From the IMG/VR virus record IMGVR_UViG_3300027804_000052, positions 34,865 through 98,864 of that record: a stretch of 64,000 bases of DNA; one strand, written 5' to 3'. A program made the translations under genes and the position numbers. Below the pieces are notes generated by a model that searched no databases, was not told where the DNA came from, and saw nothing but the letters and a program-made list of their open reading frames with translations. The stretch comes from a virus. This document shows positions 32,961 through 43,293 of the stretch, piece by piece. Numbering within the stretch: position 1 is the stretch's first letter; each line of letters opens with the position of its first letter.

Positions 32961-35198
32961 ATGACTCAGCTATCTACAAATACAGTTGTTTATGATCAGA
33001 TAATTTCAAAAGTTTCAAAATTTATTATTGATTATAGAGAAAATAAATTTCCAACAAATAAAAAACTTCTTGAAGAATACCAAAATCTTATATCGTTTTT
33101 AAATGAAAGAGTTTCTGGACCACTAACAGATTTTGTTCCATACATTAAAGGTGAACCACCAATATCTGAAAAGTTTAACACTTTTACAGCAAATTACTCA
33201 ATTGATATAAATACAATATCCAAACAATTAGATTATATTTCTGCTGGACTTGTAAACTCTTTTAATCTTTTTAGTTCAGAAATTGAACAAGAGAATAAAT
33301 TTATTAACAGAATTAAAAGTAAAGTAAAAGTTTTGCAAATGTATTCAAGTGGACCATCAAGCGATCTTTATTATTTTGGAAATTCATTTGATAGTTCTGA
33401 TTATATAGACTTTTCAAAAATAAAAGATTCTACTATGATTCCAGTTATTGAAAGTGGACAAATGACTCTTTCTATTAATCAGATAAAAAACTGGAATACT
33501 AAATATGTATTCATAGAACCAGGGTCTAACGGTTTTGCGGGAAATAATCATGAAGCTTATAGACTAAGCGAAACTGATTCAGACTACAGATACTTCTTTA
33601 AGGATACTCCAACTTCTAGAAATAAAGAAAATATCAGGGACAATAATCCAACAACATTTTTTGAGTACGAACAGATTAATGTTAAAAATAAACCAAGCGA
33701 TGCAAAAAATTTTGAGTTTCAATATAGCAGCTCAGCTGGCACTGAAAATGGCGTAAAATATCAAGACTGGTCTTCTTTTAGTAGTCCAAAACTTGTCTTA
33801 GCGCTTTTAATGGAAGCTGAATATGCTCAACCTGCAAACTTCGTCAACATACTTCCTTATTTTGGTAGTGGAAATTCGTTAACAAAAGATGTTATGGTGA
33901 CAAAAATAGAAGTTACCGATGAAAAAGATGTAGTTGAAAATATTATATCTAATCCAATATGGATTAGCTCAAGCTTTATCCCATCTTCTCTAGAGAAAGC
34001 AAAGTACTTTTACTACAGAGAAGCTAAAGTAAGATTTCAAGAAAGAAATGTTAAAAAAATAAAGATTATATTTGAGCAATCAGAAGCTACAGATGTAAAG
34101 ATTAAGCACCTTTACTATAAACCAGACTCCACAACAAGAGCTGGCAATCCATACTATGGTCAAAATAGATTTGATCCAGAACGACCAATTATTGTTCAAG
34201 ATCTTTCGTTCCCAGAAATACCGTGGTCATCAAAGATTTATGATACTAAAGTTTTGATTCCAAATGTAAATACTCCAAACATATTAAAAGCTGAAGTTAA
34301 CAACACTAATTCAATTGACGTAAGCCTACAAAGATCTATACCAAAATCAAAAGGATACTGTGTCCAAGGTATTGGTATAGATGGAGGAACTTATAGAATA
34401 ACAAATAGATTTTTTACAAATTTTAGCCAAGAAATATTACGCCTTACCAACTATAATTCGATTAATGATCAAAACAAAAATACTTATATGTCTGATGCAA
34501 ATGTTATAAGCGATTCAACAGATCAATCATCACCATACATTACTTCTTCCACCTCTAATGATTTAGCTTCAATACTGGATACAATAGTGACTTGGTTTAA
34601 TACATTTAATAATGATGGAACTTCCGCGGACAAGTATGCAAAGTTTGGTTTAATAAGTGGAACAGTAAAAAGAGTAGAAACAAACAGTAAGGACACAAGT
34701 ATTGAAAAAAGAAGTTATAAAGTTAACTTAATTAGACAATACGAAATTTTAGATGCTCAAAGAAAATCTATAGGATTAAGAGATATTGCCATAGGACTGG
34801 AAACATATGCAGACGCTGGTCAAATTGTGTCAAGAAGATATGATACTCCTTCCGAGATAGAATATCTAACACTTTCTTCAGAGTCTTCTTTTTCTGGCCC
34901 AATTAGCGCAGATGTAAATGACTATATTCAATATAGTGTTTCTTTTGATGATGGAGTTAATTGGGTTCAAATTTCATCAATCGAAAGTCCTTTTAGAAAT
35001 ACTCCAGAAGTATTAGCTATAAATCAAAATATAGAAGAAAGATTTAGATTACCAGGTGTAAGCTATTTATTTCCACCAAAAATTCCAGCTTCTGTCAAAA
35101 ATTTTATCCTAAAAATTGACATAAAAAAACCATCTTCAAAAAATGTAACTCCAATATTGTATTCTTATAAAGTCGGCGTAAAGGTAAAGCAAGTATGA
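32961..35198 (+). CDS. virion structural protein
   Basis: 745-aa ORF in the structural operon; YSVSFDDGVNW (Asp-box-like) near the C-terminus. Confidence 0.6.
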   Translation: MTQLSTNTVVYDQIISKVSKFIIDYRENKFPTNKKLLEEYQNLISFLNERVSGPLTDFVPYIKGEPPISEKFNTFTANYSIDINTISKQLDYISAGLVNSFNLFSSEIEQENKFINRIKSKVKVLQMYSSGPSSDLYYFGNSFDSSDYIDFSKIKDSTMIPVIESGQMTLSINQIKNWNTKYVFIEPGSNGFAGNNHEAYRLSETDSDYRYFFKDTPTSRNKENIRDNNPTTFFEYEQINVKNKPSDAKNFEFQYSSSAGTENGVKYQDWSSFSSPKLVLALLMEAEYAQPANFVNILPYFGSGNSLTKDVMVTKIEVTDEKDVVENIISNPIWISSSFIPSSLEKAKYFYYREAKVRFQERNVKKIKIIFEQSEATDVKIKHLYYKPDSTTRAGNPYYGQNRFDPERPIIVQDLSFPEIPWSSKIYDTKVLIPNVNTPNILKAEVNNTNSIDVSLQRSIPKSKGYCVQGIGIDGGTYRITNRFFTNFSQEILRLTNYNSINDQNKNTYMSDANVISDSTDQSSPYITSSTSNDLASILDTIVTWFNTFNNDGTSADKYAKFGLISGTVKRVETNSKDTSIEKRSYKVNLIRQYEILDAQRKSIGLRDIAIGLETYADAGQIVSRRYDTPSEIEYLTLSSESSFSGPISADVNDYIQYSVSFDDGVNWVQISSIESPFRNTPEVLAINQNIEERFRLPGVSYLFPPKIPASVKNFILKIDIKKPSSKNVTPILYSYKVGVKVKQV

Positions 35199-37354
35199 GT
35201 ATTTCAGAAATACAAAAAAGAAAATTTTTAGAGAATCTTTATAGATCATTTTATTCAACAGGCCTTAATGAATCAGATACCGCCTTAAGACAACCAAACG
35301 ATGACGAAATAAAAAAAGAGTTTGATAATTATTTTTCTACCAACAGGATTGGTGTTCCATTAAGAGTAGACCCTAGTCTATTGAGAAATACTCCTATTAC
35401 TAGTCCAGAAATAATGAATAATTTTATGGCAAGATATATACTCAATCTTGACGTTTTGTATGATTCCATAGATGATAACACGGAAAAACTGATGGATTCA
35501 GTAAGTTACTTAAATAAAAAAATAGACTTCTTAAAAGAAAAAAGAATTAATCTAGAAAAGAAGATAGATTCAATTTTATTTTCCATATCAAACACAGATG
35601 GATTTTTTTATTCGTTTAGTGAATCTTTTGCAAATTTAAATAATATAGATTTATCATTAACAAATGCATTTGTTGATACAGAGAATAAGAAGGCAACTCT
35701 TCCTAAATTTAAGTCTAATGTACTAGATTTTAATGCCCCAGGAAAGATCAATTATTCTAATGTTCAATATAGAATAATGTTTAATGGTAACGTTGCTGTT
35801 ACGGATAGACAAATGCCAGATGTAAACAATATGTTTGATGGACTAAATAATACTATGTCAAAAGTTGAATTTAGCTCAGATATCATTGGCCCATGTGCAT
35901 TGATAATGAACATACCATTAGACGCTCCATTTGTTATTTCTAAAGTTGACGGCAAACTCTCAACTGGTTCTGCCGTTACCACTGTAGTAGAATTAATTAA
36001 TCAACAAAATTTAAATTCTTCACAATTTAGAAGAAAACAATCTAATTCAGATTATGATAGATTTTCATTTGACTTTGATCCACAGCTATCTGGTAGCTTA
36101 AGAATTACCCTAATTAAATATGAGCCAGATTATATTGATCAACGAGATACTAAAAATAAGTATAAATATACTTTTTGTATAAGAGATCTTATAGTTAGTG
36201 GCCAATACTATGACGCCAATGCTACGTTGATTAGTTCTCCAATATCAATACCTGCAGGAGATGCAAATAAAATAATTGATGCCGTAAGCATTGAGGCAGC
36301 AAATGAAAATCAAAATGTAGGAAATATTAACTTCTTTGTTGCTGAAGATGTTCAGGGGGCAAGTGGAATATCAGATTTTAATTGGATACCAATTTCTTCT
36401 TCAACGGAAAACTCAGCAGCTTTTGATCAAATTATTTCTTTTTCTAGATCAAATAAAGTATTTAAAAATATAAAGTCAAACCCATCAATAAATGACTTAA
36501 AGCTTTATGATGAATCGACAGACAATAATCTATCTGTTAAAAATCCTTCTACTTCTATATATAATGGTATTTCTGTTCGTAGAGTTGCCAAGCTTAATGA
36601 ACAAGATTCTCCTTATAATTCTTATTTATTAGACTCTGTAAACTGTTTTAGTTTTAAATATACATCATATTTAAATGGTTTATATTTAGACACCAATAGA
36701 TGGTCTTCTATTATTAATAAAACATTAGAAAATGTTCAGGTTTTTGAACCTGGAAATATACAAATAACAAATATACCATCTATCCCCATAGCTTTAAACT
36801 TAAATGGTATAAGCGGATTTTTGCAGACTTCTCTTTTAGTGGAAGAAGATACAGAGGCTGTGAATACAGTTTCTAAATCAGACACATCCGTTGCATGGGA
36901 CATGGCTGTTTATCTTAACGGAACACTGCTGGCTGACATGCCAGCTGGAGTTTCTTCTAAAGAAGTTTCTTGGTCATTTAAAAAAGGCATTAATAATATA
37001 GTTGTAACTTTTGACGCATCAGGTACATCTTCTGGATCCATTTCCTTGATGAGTGGAGTTTCGATTTCTACATACGGAGTTCCTTTTGTTAAGTATTATT
37101 CATATGTAGATCCATTTGATTTTAGAATTAATAGAACAGAAAATGATACGGTGTTTACCATAGATAATTATCTTGGAAATAATGAGATACTTTGTAGATC
37201 AAAAGTTAACGATAATTCAAGAATTGTATTCCAAAAGAACTCCAATAATCCTGTGAATGCCATACGTTTTAGAGCAGATTTTTCTAGGTTTTCTAGTCCG
37301 TTTGGTACTCCATCTTTGGGTTCTTATAGAATTAAATTTAAAAATAGTAATTAG
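35195..37354 (+). CDS. virion structural protein
   Basis: 719-aa ORF with an ATGA overlap to the upstream gene; N-terminal coiled coil. Confidence 0.6.
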   Translation: MSISEIQKRKFLENLYRSFYSTGLNESDTALRQPNDDEIKKEFDNYFSTNRIGVPLRVDPSLLRNTPITSPEIMNNFMARYILNLDVLYDSIDDNTEKLMDSVSYLNKKIDFLKEKRINLEKKIDSILFSISNTDGFFYSFSESFANLNNIDLSLTNAFVDTENKKATLPKFKSNVLDFNAPGKINYSNVQYRIMFNGNVAVTDRQMPDVNNMFDGLNNTMSKVEFSSDIIGPCALIMNIPLDAPFVISKVDGKLSTGSAVTTVVELINQQNLNSSQFRRKQSNSDYDRFSFDFDPQLSGSLRITLIKYEPDYIDQRDTKNKYKYTFCIRDLIVSGQYYDANATLISSPISIPAGDANKIIDAVSIEAANENQNVGNINFFVAEDVQGASGISDFNWIPISSSTENSAAFDQIISFSRSNKVFKNIKSNPSINDLKLYDESTDNNLSVKNPSTSIYNGISVRRVAKLNEQDSPYNSYLLDSVNCFSFKYTSYLNGLYLDTNRWSSIINKTLENVQVFEPGNIQITNIPSIPIALNLNGISGFLQTSLLVEEDTEAVNTVSKSDTSVAWDMAVYLNGTLLADMPAGVSSKEVSWSFKKGINNIVVTFDASGTSSGSISLMSGVSISTYGVPFVKYYSYVDPFDFRINRTENDTVFTIDNYLGNNEILCRSKVNDNSRIVFQKNSNNPVNAIRFRADFSRFSSPFGTPSLGSYRIKFKNSN

Positions 37355-37362
37355 GATTTAAA

Positions 37363-37764
37363 ATGGCAAGAACTTACACCGAAATAAAAAGAATAATACA
37401 GCCTCTGTACCAAAGGTACAGAAGTGTGTTCAGGGGTCCTAGAGATTCTGCGATGGAAAATCTAGAAACGAATAAAATATTAATCGATATGCATAGACTT
37501 GAAGATTCTATACAAGATATAGACAATAGGATATATGATGAGCAAAGAATCTTTGTGGGTCAATATGATCCAGAAAAAACTCAGATACATGAAGATTATA
37601 ATGACGGAAAGTACTATATATTTAGTGACATTCAATTTGACTACTATAGCAATGCCGCTACTCCAGATTACGTGCAAATAGACACTCTTGATACGGTCGC
37701 TTCAAAAATGAATAGACTATCTAAAAAAATTAAAATGCTAGAAAAAAGAAGGCTAAACGGATAA
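37363..37764 (+). CDS. hypothetical structural protein
   Basis: 133-aa ORF; its N-terminal GPxDS motif is shared with the next gene. Confidence 0.55.
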   Translation: MARTYTEIKRIIQPLYQRYRSVFRGPRDSAMENLETNKILIDMHRLEDSIQDIDNRIYDEQRIFVGQYDPEKTQIHEDYNDGKYYIFSDIQFDYYSNAATPDYVQIDTLDTVASKMNRLSKKIKMLEKRRLNG

Positions 37765-37765
37765 A

Positions 37766-39019
37766 ATGTCTGAATTTATATACACTCAAAAAAGAACTAG
37801 GCAGTATAACGGCCCCGTAGATAGCTCTGATCACAATGCAAGAATAGAAGAGAATTACAAAGATTTAGTTTATTTATATAATAAATATAACGTAACAGAT
37901 CAAAAGCTTACAGAAGCTTTTCAAAGAGTTTTAAAAGATCATATCTTTATTAATCAATACATTAAAGATATGGAAGATAGAGTAAAAGCTCTAGAGGCAG
38001 CTGAAGATCTAATTTCAATCCACAGCTATTCGCAAATAGATAATATAGCAATACCAAGTGGTGAATCTGGACTTCAGGGCGATGAAGTTCTGTCATACGA
38101 TCCAGTTTATAACGTCGTTACCCTACCAAAAGTAGACGGATCTTCGCATTCTAAACTAAAATTTTTTACTGGTATAAGTGGTCAAATAATTCCAGACTTC
38201 TTTGAAACAAGAGTTTCAAATAACCTTGCAGGAGTTGATACACAAGGTGCCATTGTTGATAGTACAAATGTATACAATGCAATTCTAGACAGATCAGACA
38301 AGTACTGGAAGCGTAGTATAGTCTCTAATACAATGTCACCGTATGGTGCTCAAATGTATTTATACATAAAGATTCCAGTAGAATATTCTGGCTCTAAAAA
38401 GACAAACTTTTTAAAGTTAAACCCATTTCCTTTGTTTGGCGTAGATATTCTTTCCATTCAGTACACAACACTTCAGAATCCAACGATGTCAGAAGACGAT
38501 GTTTGGTATCCACTTAACAGAGATAGACTCTATGACGGAAACACAGAGGCAGTTGGCAAGGTTCCACCAGGTTCTTGGACAACTCTTGGATCTGATTATA
38601 TTTTAAACTCTGGACCAATAGCTTTCTACTTCCCGGAATCAGAAATCACTGCTATTAGAATAGCGATGAGACAAAAAAATTACCTTATTGAGAACAATAA
38701 ATACATATACACTTATGGTTTAAGCGATCTCGATATTAGATATGACAAATTTCTGCCAACTGGTAGAATAATATTTAAATTTGACGCCCCAGAGGGTCAA
38801 ACTATTAGCTCAATAACTAGTGTAACACCTAAAATATACAATGTTTCCCCATCTTTATTATCTCAAGCATTTAGTCATAGGGTAATCTACAACGATGGGT
38901 CAATCTATACCCTGGATAATCCTGGGTCTTCCAACTCAGTTTGGATAGAAGTCACCTTAAATCAGCTTCCAGATGGCACTGCTCCTGTTTTGTCTGATTT
39001 AGTCGTGAATTATAACTAA
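37766..39019 (+). CDS. virion structural protein
   Basis: 417-aa ORF in the structural operon. Confidence 0.55.
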   Translation: MSEFIYTQKRTRQYNGPVDSSDHNARIEENYKDLVYLYNKYNVTDQKLTEAFQRVLKDHIFINQYIKDMEDRVKALEAAEDLISIHSYSQIDNIAIPSGESGLQGDEVLSYDPVYNVVTLPKVDGSSHSKLKFFTGISGQIIPDFFETRVSNNLAGVDTQGAIVDSTNVYNAILDRSDKYWKRSIVSNTMSPYGAQMYLYIKIPVEYSGSKKTNFLKLNPFPLFGVDILSIQYTTLQNPTMSEDDVWYPLNRDRLYDGNTEAVGKVPPGSWTTLGSDYILNSGPIAFYFPESEITAIRIAMRQKNYLIENNKYIYTYGLSDLDIRYDKFLPTGRIIFKFDAPEGQTISSITSVTPKIYNVSPSLLSQAFSHRVIYNDGSIYTLDNPGSSNSVWIEVTLNQLPDGTAPVLSDLVVNYN

Positions 39020-39044
39020 AGATAACAATATTCATAATTACTAT

Positions 39045-39070
39045 ATAAGCTTAAGAGCTTATCCAAGGAG
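39045..39070 (+). promoter_or_regulatory. hairpin immediately upstream of a strong Shine-Dalgarno site
   Basis: ATAAGCT-TAAG-AGCTTAT (39045-39062) followed by AAGGAG (39065-39070), 6 nt before ATG 39077. Confidence 0.5.
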
Positions 39071-39076
39071 ACTAAA

Positions 39077-39703
39077 ATGGCTACTTTTTATGTAGGACCT
39101 CGTCCTGTACTTAAGGGTCAAAACACTGCTGCAATGGTTAATCCATATACCACGATGACTGGTAAGGCCAAAGGCGCAGGGACCTATTCATATTACCCAC
39201 TTTATAGCACAAGCCATATTTTAGATGGTACACCAGACAATGACCATACCCCTGGTACTGGATACCATCCTGGCAACGTGCTGCTTTCACAAATTTTTAA
39301 TGGCACTAGCCTTTATATTCACCCACTCGCTGGAACATTCCCAGACGGCACTGCAACATATGATGGTGCAAGATTCCGTCCAATGGAGTACAAGGGCTTA
39401 GCTGGTGCAGCAGCCTTTCCAAGCGGTTTTGGCCATGCGGACAGAACAAGTGATTATAGCTACAATAACTATATCTTTGATGGTGTTTCATCGGCAAACG
39501 TTTTCGCTAACACAGGTCACGCTCCAAGAACTGATGCACAAGGGGCACCAGCTTCATTTGGATCTTTTAGACCAGACGAGTATAATGGTCTTGCTAGTGC
39601 AAAAGTTTTTACAGCTGACTACGGTCAGGCAAACGTAACAGGTGATTATGGTAGAGAGAAAGTGCAAGAGTGGTACGGAGTGCCATCTGCAAAAGCTCTC
39701 TAA
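39077..39703 (+). CDS. Gly/Ala/Tyr-rich protein with internal repeats, probably an abundant virion protein
   Basis: Strong RBS; repeated FRPxEYxGLA and GHAxRT segments. Confidence 0.55.
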   Translation: MATFYVGPRPVLKGQNTAAMVNPYTTMTGKAKGAGTYSYYPLYSTSHILDGTPDNDHTPGTGYHPGNVLLSQIFNGTSLYIHPLAGTFPDGTATYDGARFRPMEYKGLAGAAAFPSGFGHADRTSDYSYNNYIFDGVSSANVFANTGHAPRTDAQGAPASFGSFRPDEYNGLASAKVFTADYGQANVTGDYGREKVQEWYGVPSAKAL

Positions 39704-39956
39704 TTATTTTAGCTCTCCTGTTAATCTAGAAAAAGATTCTAGGATAACAGGTTTAATTGGATGGGCAGCTTTAGTAGCTTTTGTTGTAGGGTATGATATA
39801 TTCGCCATTAAAAGCAAAAAAGCAGAAACTCTAACTAGAAGTTTCTGGAGACTATCAGAAGGTAAAATGTCTAAGTTTCCAGTAATGGCAGCGTGGATGA
39901 TTGTAACATTTCACCTCATGCTAGAAAAAGATGTTAGAAGAAAGATTACCAAATAG
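39648..39956 (+). CDS. small membrane protein with two hydrophobic segments (holin candidate; start uncertain)
   Basis: Hydrophobic GLIGWAALVAFVVGYDIF and FPVMAAWMIVTFHLML segments with a basic C-terminus; last gene of the structural block. Confidence 0.45.
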   Translation: MVERKCKSGTECHLQKLSNYFSSPVNLEKDSRITGLIGWAALVAFVVGYDIFAIKSKKAETLTRSFWRLSEGKMSKFPVMAAWMIVTFHLMLEKDVRRKITK

Positions 39957-39986
39957 TCTACACACATACGCAATTCATCATTACGA

Positions 39987-39995
39987 TGATATAAT
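39987..39995 (+). promoter_or_regulatory. extended -10 promoter element (TGn-TATAAT)
   Basis: TGATATAAT in the intergenic gap between the structural and replication modules. Confidence 0.45.
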
Positions 39996-40019
39996 GTTGT
40001 AGGCGGATTACTAGAAACT

Positions 40020-40049
40020 CCCGCTCGTATGAGCGGGTTTTTCTCTTTT
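40020..40049 (+). terminator. rho-independent terminator
   Basis: CCCGCTC-GTAT-GAGCGGG followed by TTTTTCTCTTTT. Confidence 0.85.
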
Positions 40050-40100
40050 GTAACTAGTTTTATAGGTTTCAGTAAGTTTAGGTAGAGGTATAAAGGTTAT

Positions 40101-40808
40101 ATGTTAATTGAAGATCTGCAAAAGGTTGTTAATGGCGAATCACTACCCACAAACGTTGCGGACATGTACCTTAGGATATATGTTTCAGACATTGACTGGA
40201 AGCCACACATTGCAAAATTTTGGGCTAATACAAAAAACAAAATTACTGAGGATGACTCAGCAAAAATGCACATGAGAAAATCTATAGCTTGTGCCAGCTT
40301 GATTCCTATCTACGATAAAAAAGTAATTCCAGATCCTCCACAAAACCTTTTATTTTGGTGCCCTACTTGGTCTCAGTTCAATGAGAGAGACTGGGTTCAG
40401 ATGTATAAAAAAGTTGTTGAAGACGATATAAAAATCAGAAATAATAGGAAGAAACTATTACAGTACGGTGTTGTAGACTCTATAGATTATTTGCCCTTAA
40501 CCCGACAGGCTTTTAATTGGCTTTACATGAAAGCAGAGGAAACAAAAGTAGTCGGCTCAAATAAAGAGGACTTAATTAAAAAGTTTGAAAACCTAGTAAA
40601 AATATATGGTGGCGCAGTAATATGTAACGTGTTTGCAAAACACGAGACGAACATATCAAAAGTCTTAAACTGGAGAAGTGGTTATTTTATTGAGAAAGAA
40701 ATCTATAAAATATACACACCAGATCAAATAAGTAAGATAAAACAAACTGAAATATCAAAGATAGATCCAAAGTACGTGAAGAAATTAACCAAAAACAAGG
40801 AGTCATAA
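40101..40808 (+). CDS. hypothetical protein
   Basis: 235-aa ORF; its stop overlaps the nrdJ start. Confidence 0.65.
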   Translation: MLIEDLQKVVNGESLPTNVADMYLRIYVSDIDWKPHIAKFWANTKNKITEDDSAKMHMRKSIACASLIPIYDKKVIPDPPQNLLFWCPTWSQFNERDWVQMYKKVVEDDIKIRNNRKKLLQYGVVDSIDYLPLTRQAFNWLYMKAEETKVVGSNKEDLIKKFENLVKIYGGAVICNVFAKHETNISKVLNWRSGYFIEKEIYKIYTPDQISKIKQTEISKIDPKYVKKLTKNKES

Positions 40809-42922
40809 TGTCTGCAGAGACAACAACAAAAGAGCAAACAACTACAAACTTTAACGCAGCTATAAATAACAGTAAAACTACCAGCATGTTCTCCTTTAGA
40901 ATAAGTGACGACTTTCTTTCTGGCTATAAAACAAAAACACCTCCTTTTGGCTATAAAGATGCCGGCGGTAACTCTGTAGGTGAAATAACATTTCTTCGCA
41001 CTTACTCTCGCCTTAAAGAAGATGGCACTAAAGAGACATGGGTTGATGTTTGCGAGCGTGTTATTAACGGCATGTACTCATTGCAAAAAGATCACTGTAA
41101 GAGAAACAGACTGCCATGGAACGATGCAAAGGCACAAGCTTCCGCTAAGGAAGCCTTTGATCGTCTTTTTAATCTTAAGTGGACTCCACCAGGTCGTGGA
41201 CTTTGGGTTATGGGAACTCCTATAGTTAACGTACAAAGAAACTCAGCTGCACTACAGAATTGCGCTTTTGTATCTACTGCTGAGATGAATAAGTTTAATC
41301 CCGCAAAACCATTTGCATTCCTTATGGAAGCTTCAATGCTTGGCGTTGGTGTTGGTTTTGACGACAAGGGCGCAGATAAAGATTTTCCAATTTATGAATC
41401 TTCAAAAGCAACTGTCACTGAGGTCATAGAAGACAGTAGAGAGGGTTGGGTTCAGTCTGTAACCAATCTTATTAACTCATATTTAAAAGCTGATCAAAGC
41501 CCAATTCAATTCGACTACTCCTTGGTTCGTCCTGCAGGTACTCCTATTAAAACATTTGGAGGAACAGCATCAGGCCCTGGCCCTTTGATTAAGCTCCATA
41601 ACGCAATTAACAAGCTGTTCAAAGGAAGAGATGGGGATAAGCTTTCCAGAAAAGACATAGCCGATATTGGCAACTTGATTGGAGTTTGTGTTGTATCTGG
41701 AAACGTAAGAAGATCAGCAGAACTTCTTATAGGAAGAATTGATGATCAAGACTTCTTGAATCTTAAGAATTCAGAAGTTTTTCCAGAAAGAAATTCCTAT
41801 AATTCTGAAAGCCCTGGTTGGGGTTGGATGTCAAATAACTCAGTAGAAGTTTCCGTTGGTCAAGACCTCTCTCCAATTGTAGATGGAATAGCTAGAAATG
41901 GCGAACCAGGTGTTATTTGGCTTGACATGTCCAGAAAGTATGGACGCTTAGCAGACGCTCCAAACAATAAAGACTGGCGCGTTGCCGGCTATAATCCATG
42001 CGCAGAACAGTCCTTAGAGTCATACGAATGCTGTACGCTTGTTGAAACTTACCTCAACCGTCATGAATCATTAGAAGACTATAAGAGAACTTTAAAGTTT
42101 GCTTACTTGTACGCAAAGACGGTAACACTTCTCCCAACTCACTGGGAAGAGACTAATGCAATCATGCAGCGCAATCGTCGCATTGGCACATCAATGTCCG
42201 GTGTTGCAAACTTTGCAGATCGTGTAGGCATGCCAGTACTTAGAGACTGGATGGATGAAGGTTATAAGACAGTAAAGAATTATGATACTGTTTACTCAGA
42301 GTGGCTTGGTATTCGCGAGTCTATTAAGATGACAACAGTAAAGCCATCTGGTACTGTCTCCATCCTCGCTGGAGAATCGCCTGGAGTGCACTGGACTCCT
42401 GGTGGAAAATACTTTAATAGAACAATTAGATTTTCTAATACAGAACCAATGTTGGAGCTTTTTAGAATGGCTAACTACATAGTAGAGCCAGCTTCTGAAT
42501 CACCAGATACAACCTCTGTTGTTTACTTCCCTATTAAGTCTGACGCAAAGAGATCTGAAAAAGAAGTTACAATCTTTGAAAAGATGGCATTAGCTGCAGC
42601 TGCACAAAGATACTGGTCTGACAACTCAGTTTCCGTAACGATATCCTTTAATGCAGAAAAAGAAAAAGACTACGTAGGAACTGTTCTTCACATGTATGAT
42701 GGTCAGTTGAAAACTGTATCTTTCCTCCCAGAAGGAAATGCAACATACCCTCAAATGCCATATACTCAAATAACACAAGAAGAGTATGAGTCATATACTG
42801 GGAAGCTCTTCCCAATTGACTTCTCAGGGGTTTATGCTGGAATGGCGTCTGATGCAATTGGTGAGAACTACTGTACAACTGATGCATGTGAGATTAAGTT
42901 CATTAAGGAAAACACTAAGTAA
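40808..42922 (+). CDS. nrdJ: class II (adenosylcobalamin-dependent, monomeric) ribonucleotide reductase
   Basis: Motifs RTYSR, PPGRGLW, NVRRSAE, NPCAEQSL, TTVKPSGT and C-terminal CTTDAC. Confidence 0.95.
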   Translation: MSAETTTKEQTTTNFNAAINNSKTTSMFSFRISDDFLSGYKTKTPPFGYKDAGGNSVGEITFLRTYSRLKEDGTKETWVDVCERVINGMYSLQKDHCKRNRLPWNDAKAQASAKEAFDRLFNLKWTPPGRGLWVMGTPIVNVQRNSAALQNCAFVSTAEMNKFNPAKPFAFLMEASMLGVGVGFDDKGADKDFPIYESSKATVTEVIEDSREGWVQSVTNLINSYLKADQSPIQFDYSLVRPAGTPIKTFGGTASGPGPLIKLHNAINKLFKGRDGDKLSRKDIADIGNLIGVCVVSGNVRRSAELLIGRIDDQDFLNLKNSEVFPERNSYNSESPGWGWMSNNSVEVSVGQDLSPIVDGIARNGEPGVIWLDMSRKYGRLADAPNNKDWRVAGYNPCAEQSLESYECCTLVETYLNRHESLEDYKRTLKFAYLYAKTVTLLPTHWEETNAIMQRNRRIGTSMSGVANFADRVGMPVLRDWMDEGYKTVKNYDTVYSEWLGIRESIKMTTVKPSGTVSILAGESPGVHWTPGGKYFNRTIRFSNTEPMLELFRMANYIVEPASESPDTTSVVYFPIKSDAKRSEKEVTIFEKMALAAAAQRYWSDNSVSVTISFNAEKEKDYVGTVLHMYDGQLKTVSFLPEGNATYPQMPYTQITQEEYESYTGKLFPIDFSGVYAGMASDAIGENYCTTDACEIKFIKENTK

Positions 42923-42930
42923 AGATAAAA

Positions 42931-43293
42931 ATGTCAGAATTTGAAGATGATGATATAGACAAAATCTTTGAAGAGATGATAGGCTCAGATGGCCTTGAAG
43001 ATATGAAATCTCACGAAGTTGATGCAATTATCAATATAGAAAAGGTTTCTACGGAATCTCTTTTAAAGGAATTAAATTTTATAATTCAATCTTTATCTAG
43101 AGCAACAACTCACGTATCAGAGTTAGCAATTAGTTTTATGTCAATAGAAGACTATGCCCTGAATGATGATATAAGAGATTTACTAGGTACAATCTATAAA
43201 TTAACTGAAGATTTAGATGATTATATGGTAGAATTATTTATTGAAGAATCTGAATTATTAGAAGATGAGAATGAAGAAGATGATGATGAGTGA
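42931..43293 (+). CDS. highly acidic hypothetical protein
   Basis: 120 aa, Asp/Glu-rich. Confidence 0.6.
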   Translation: MSEFEDDDIDKIFEEMIGSDGLEDMKSHEVDAIINIEKVSTESLLKELNFIIQSLSRATTHVSELAISFMSIEDYALNDDIRDLLGTIYKLTEDLDDYMVELFIEESELLEDENEEDDDE

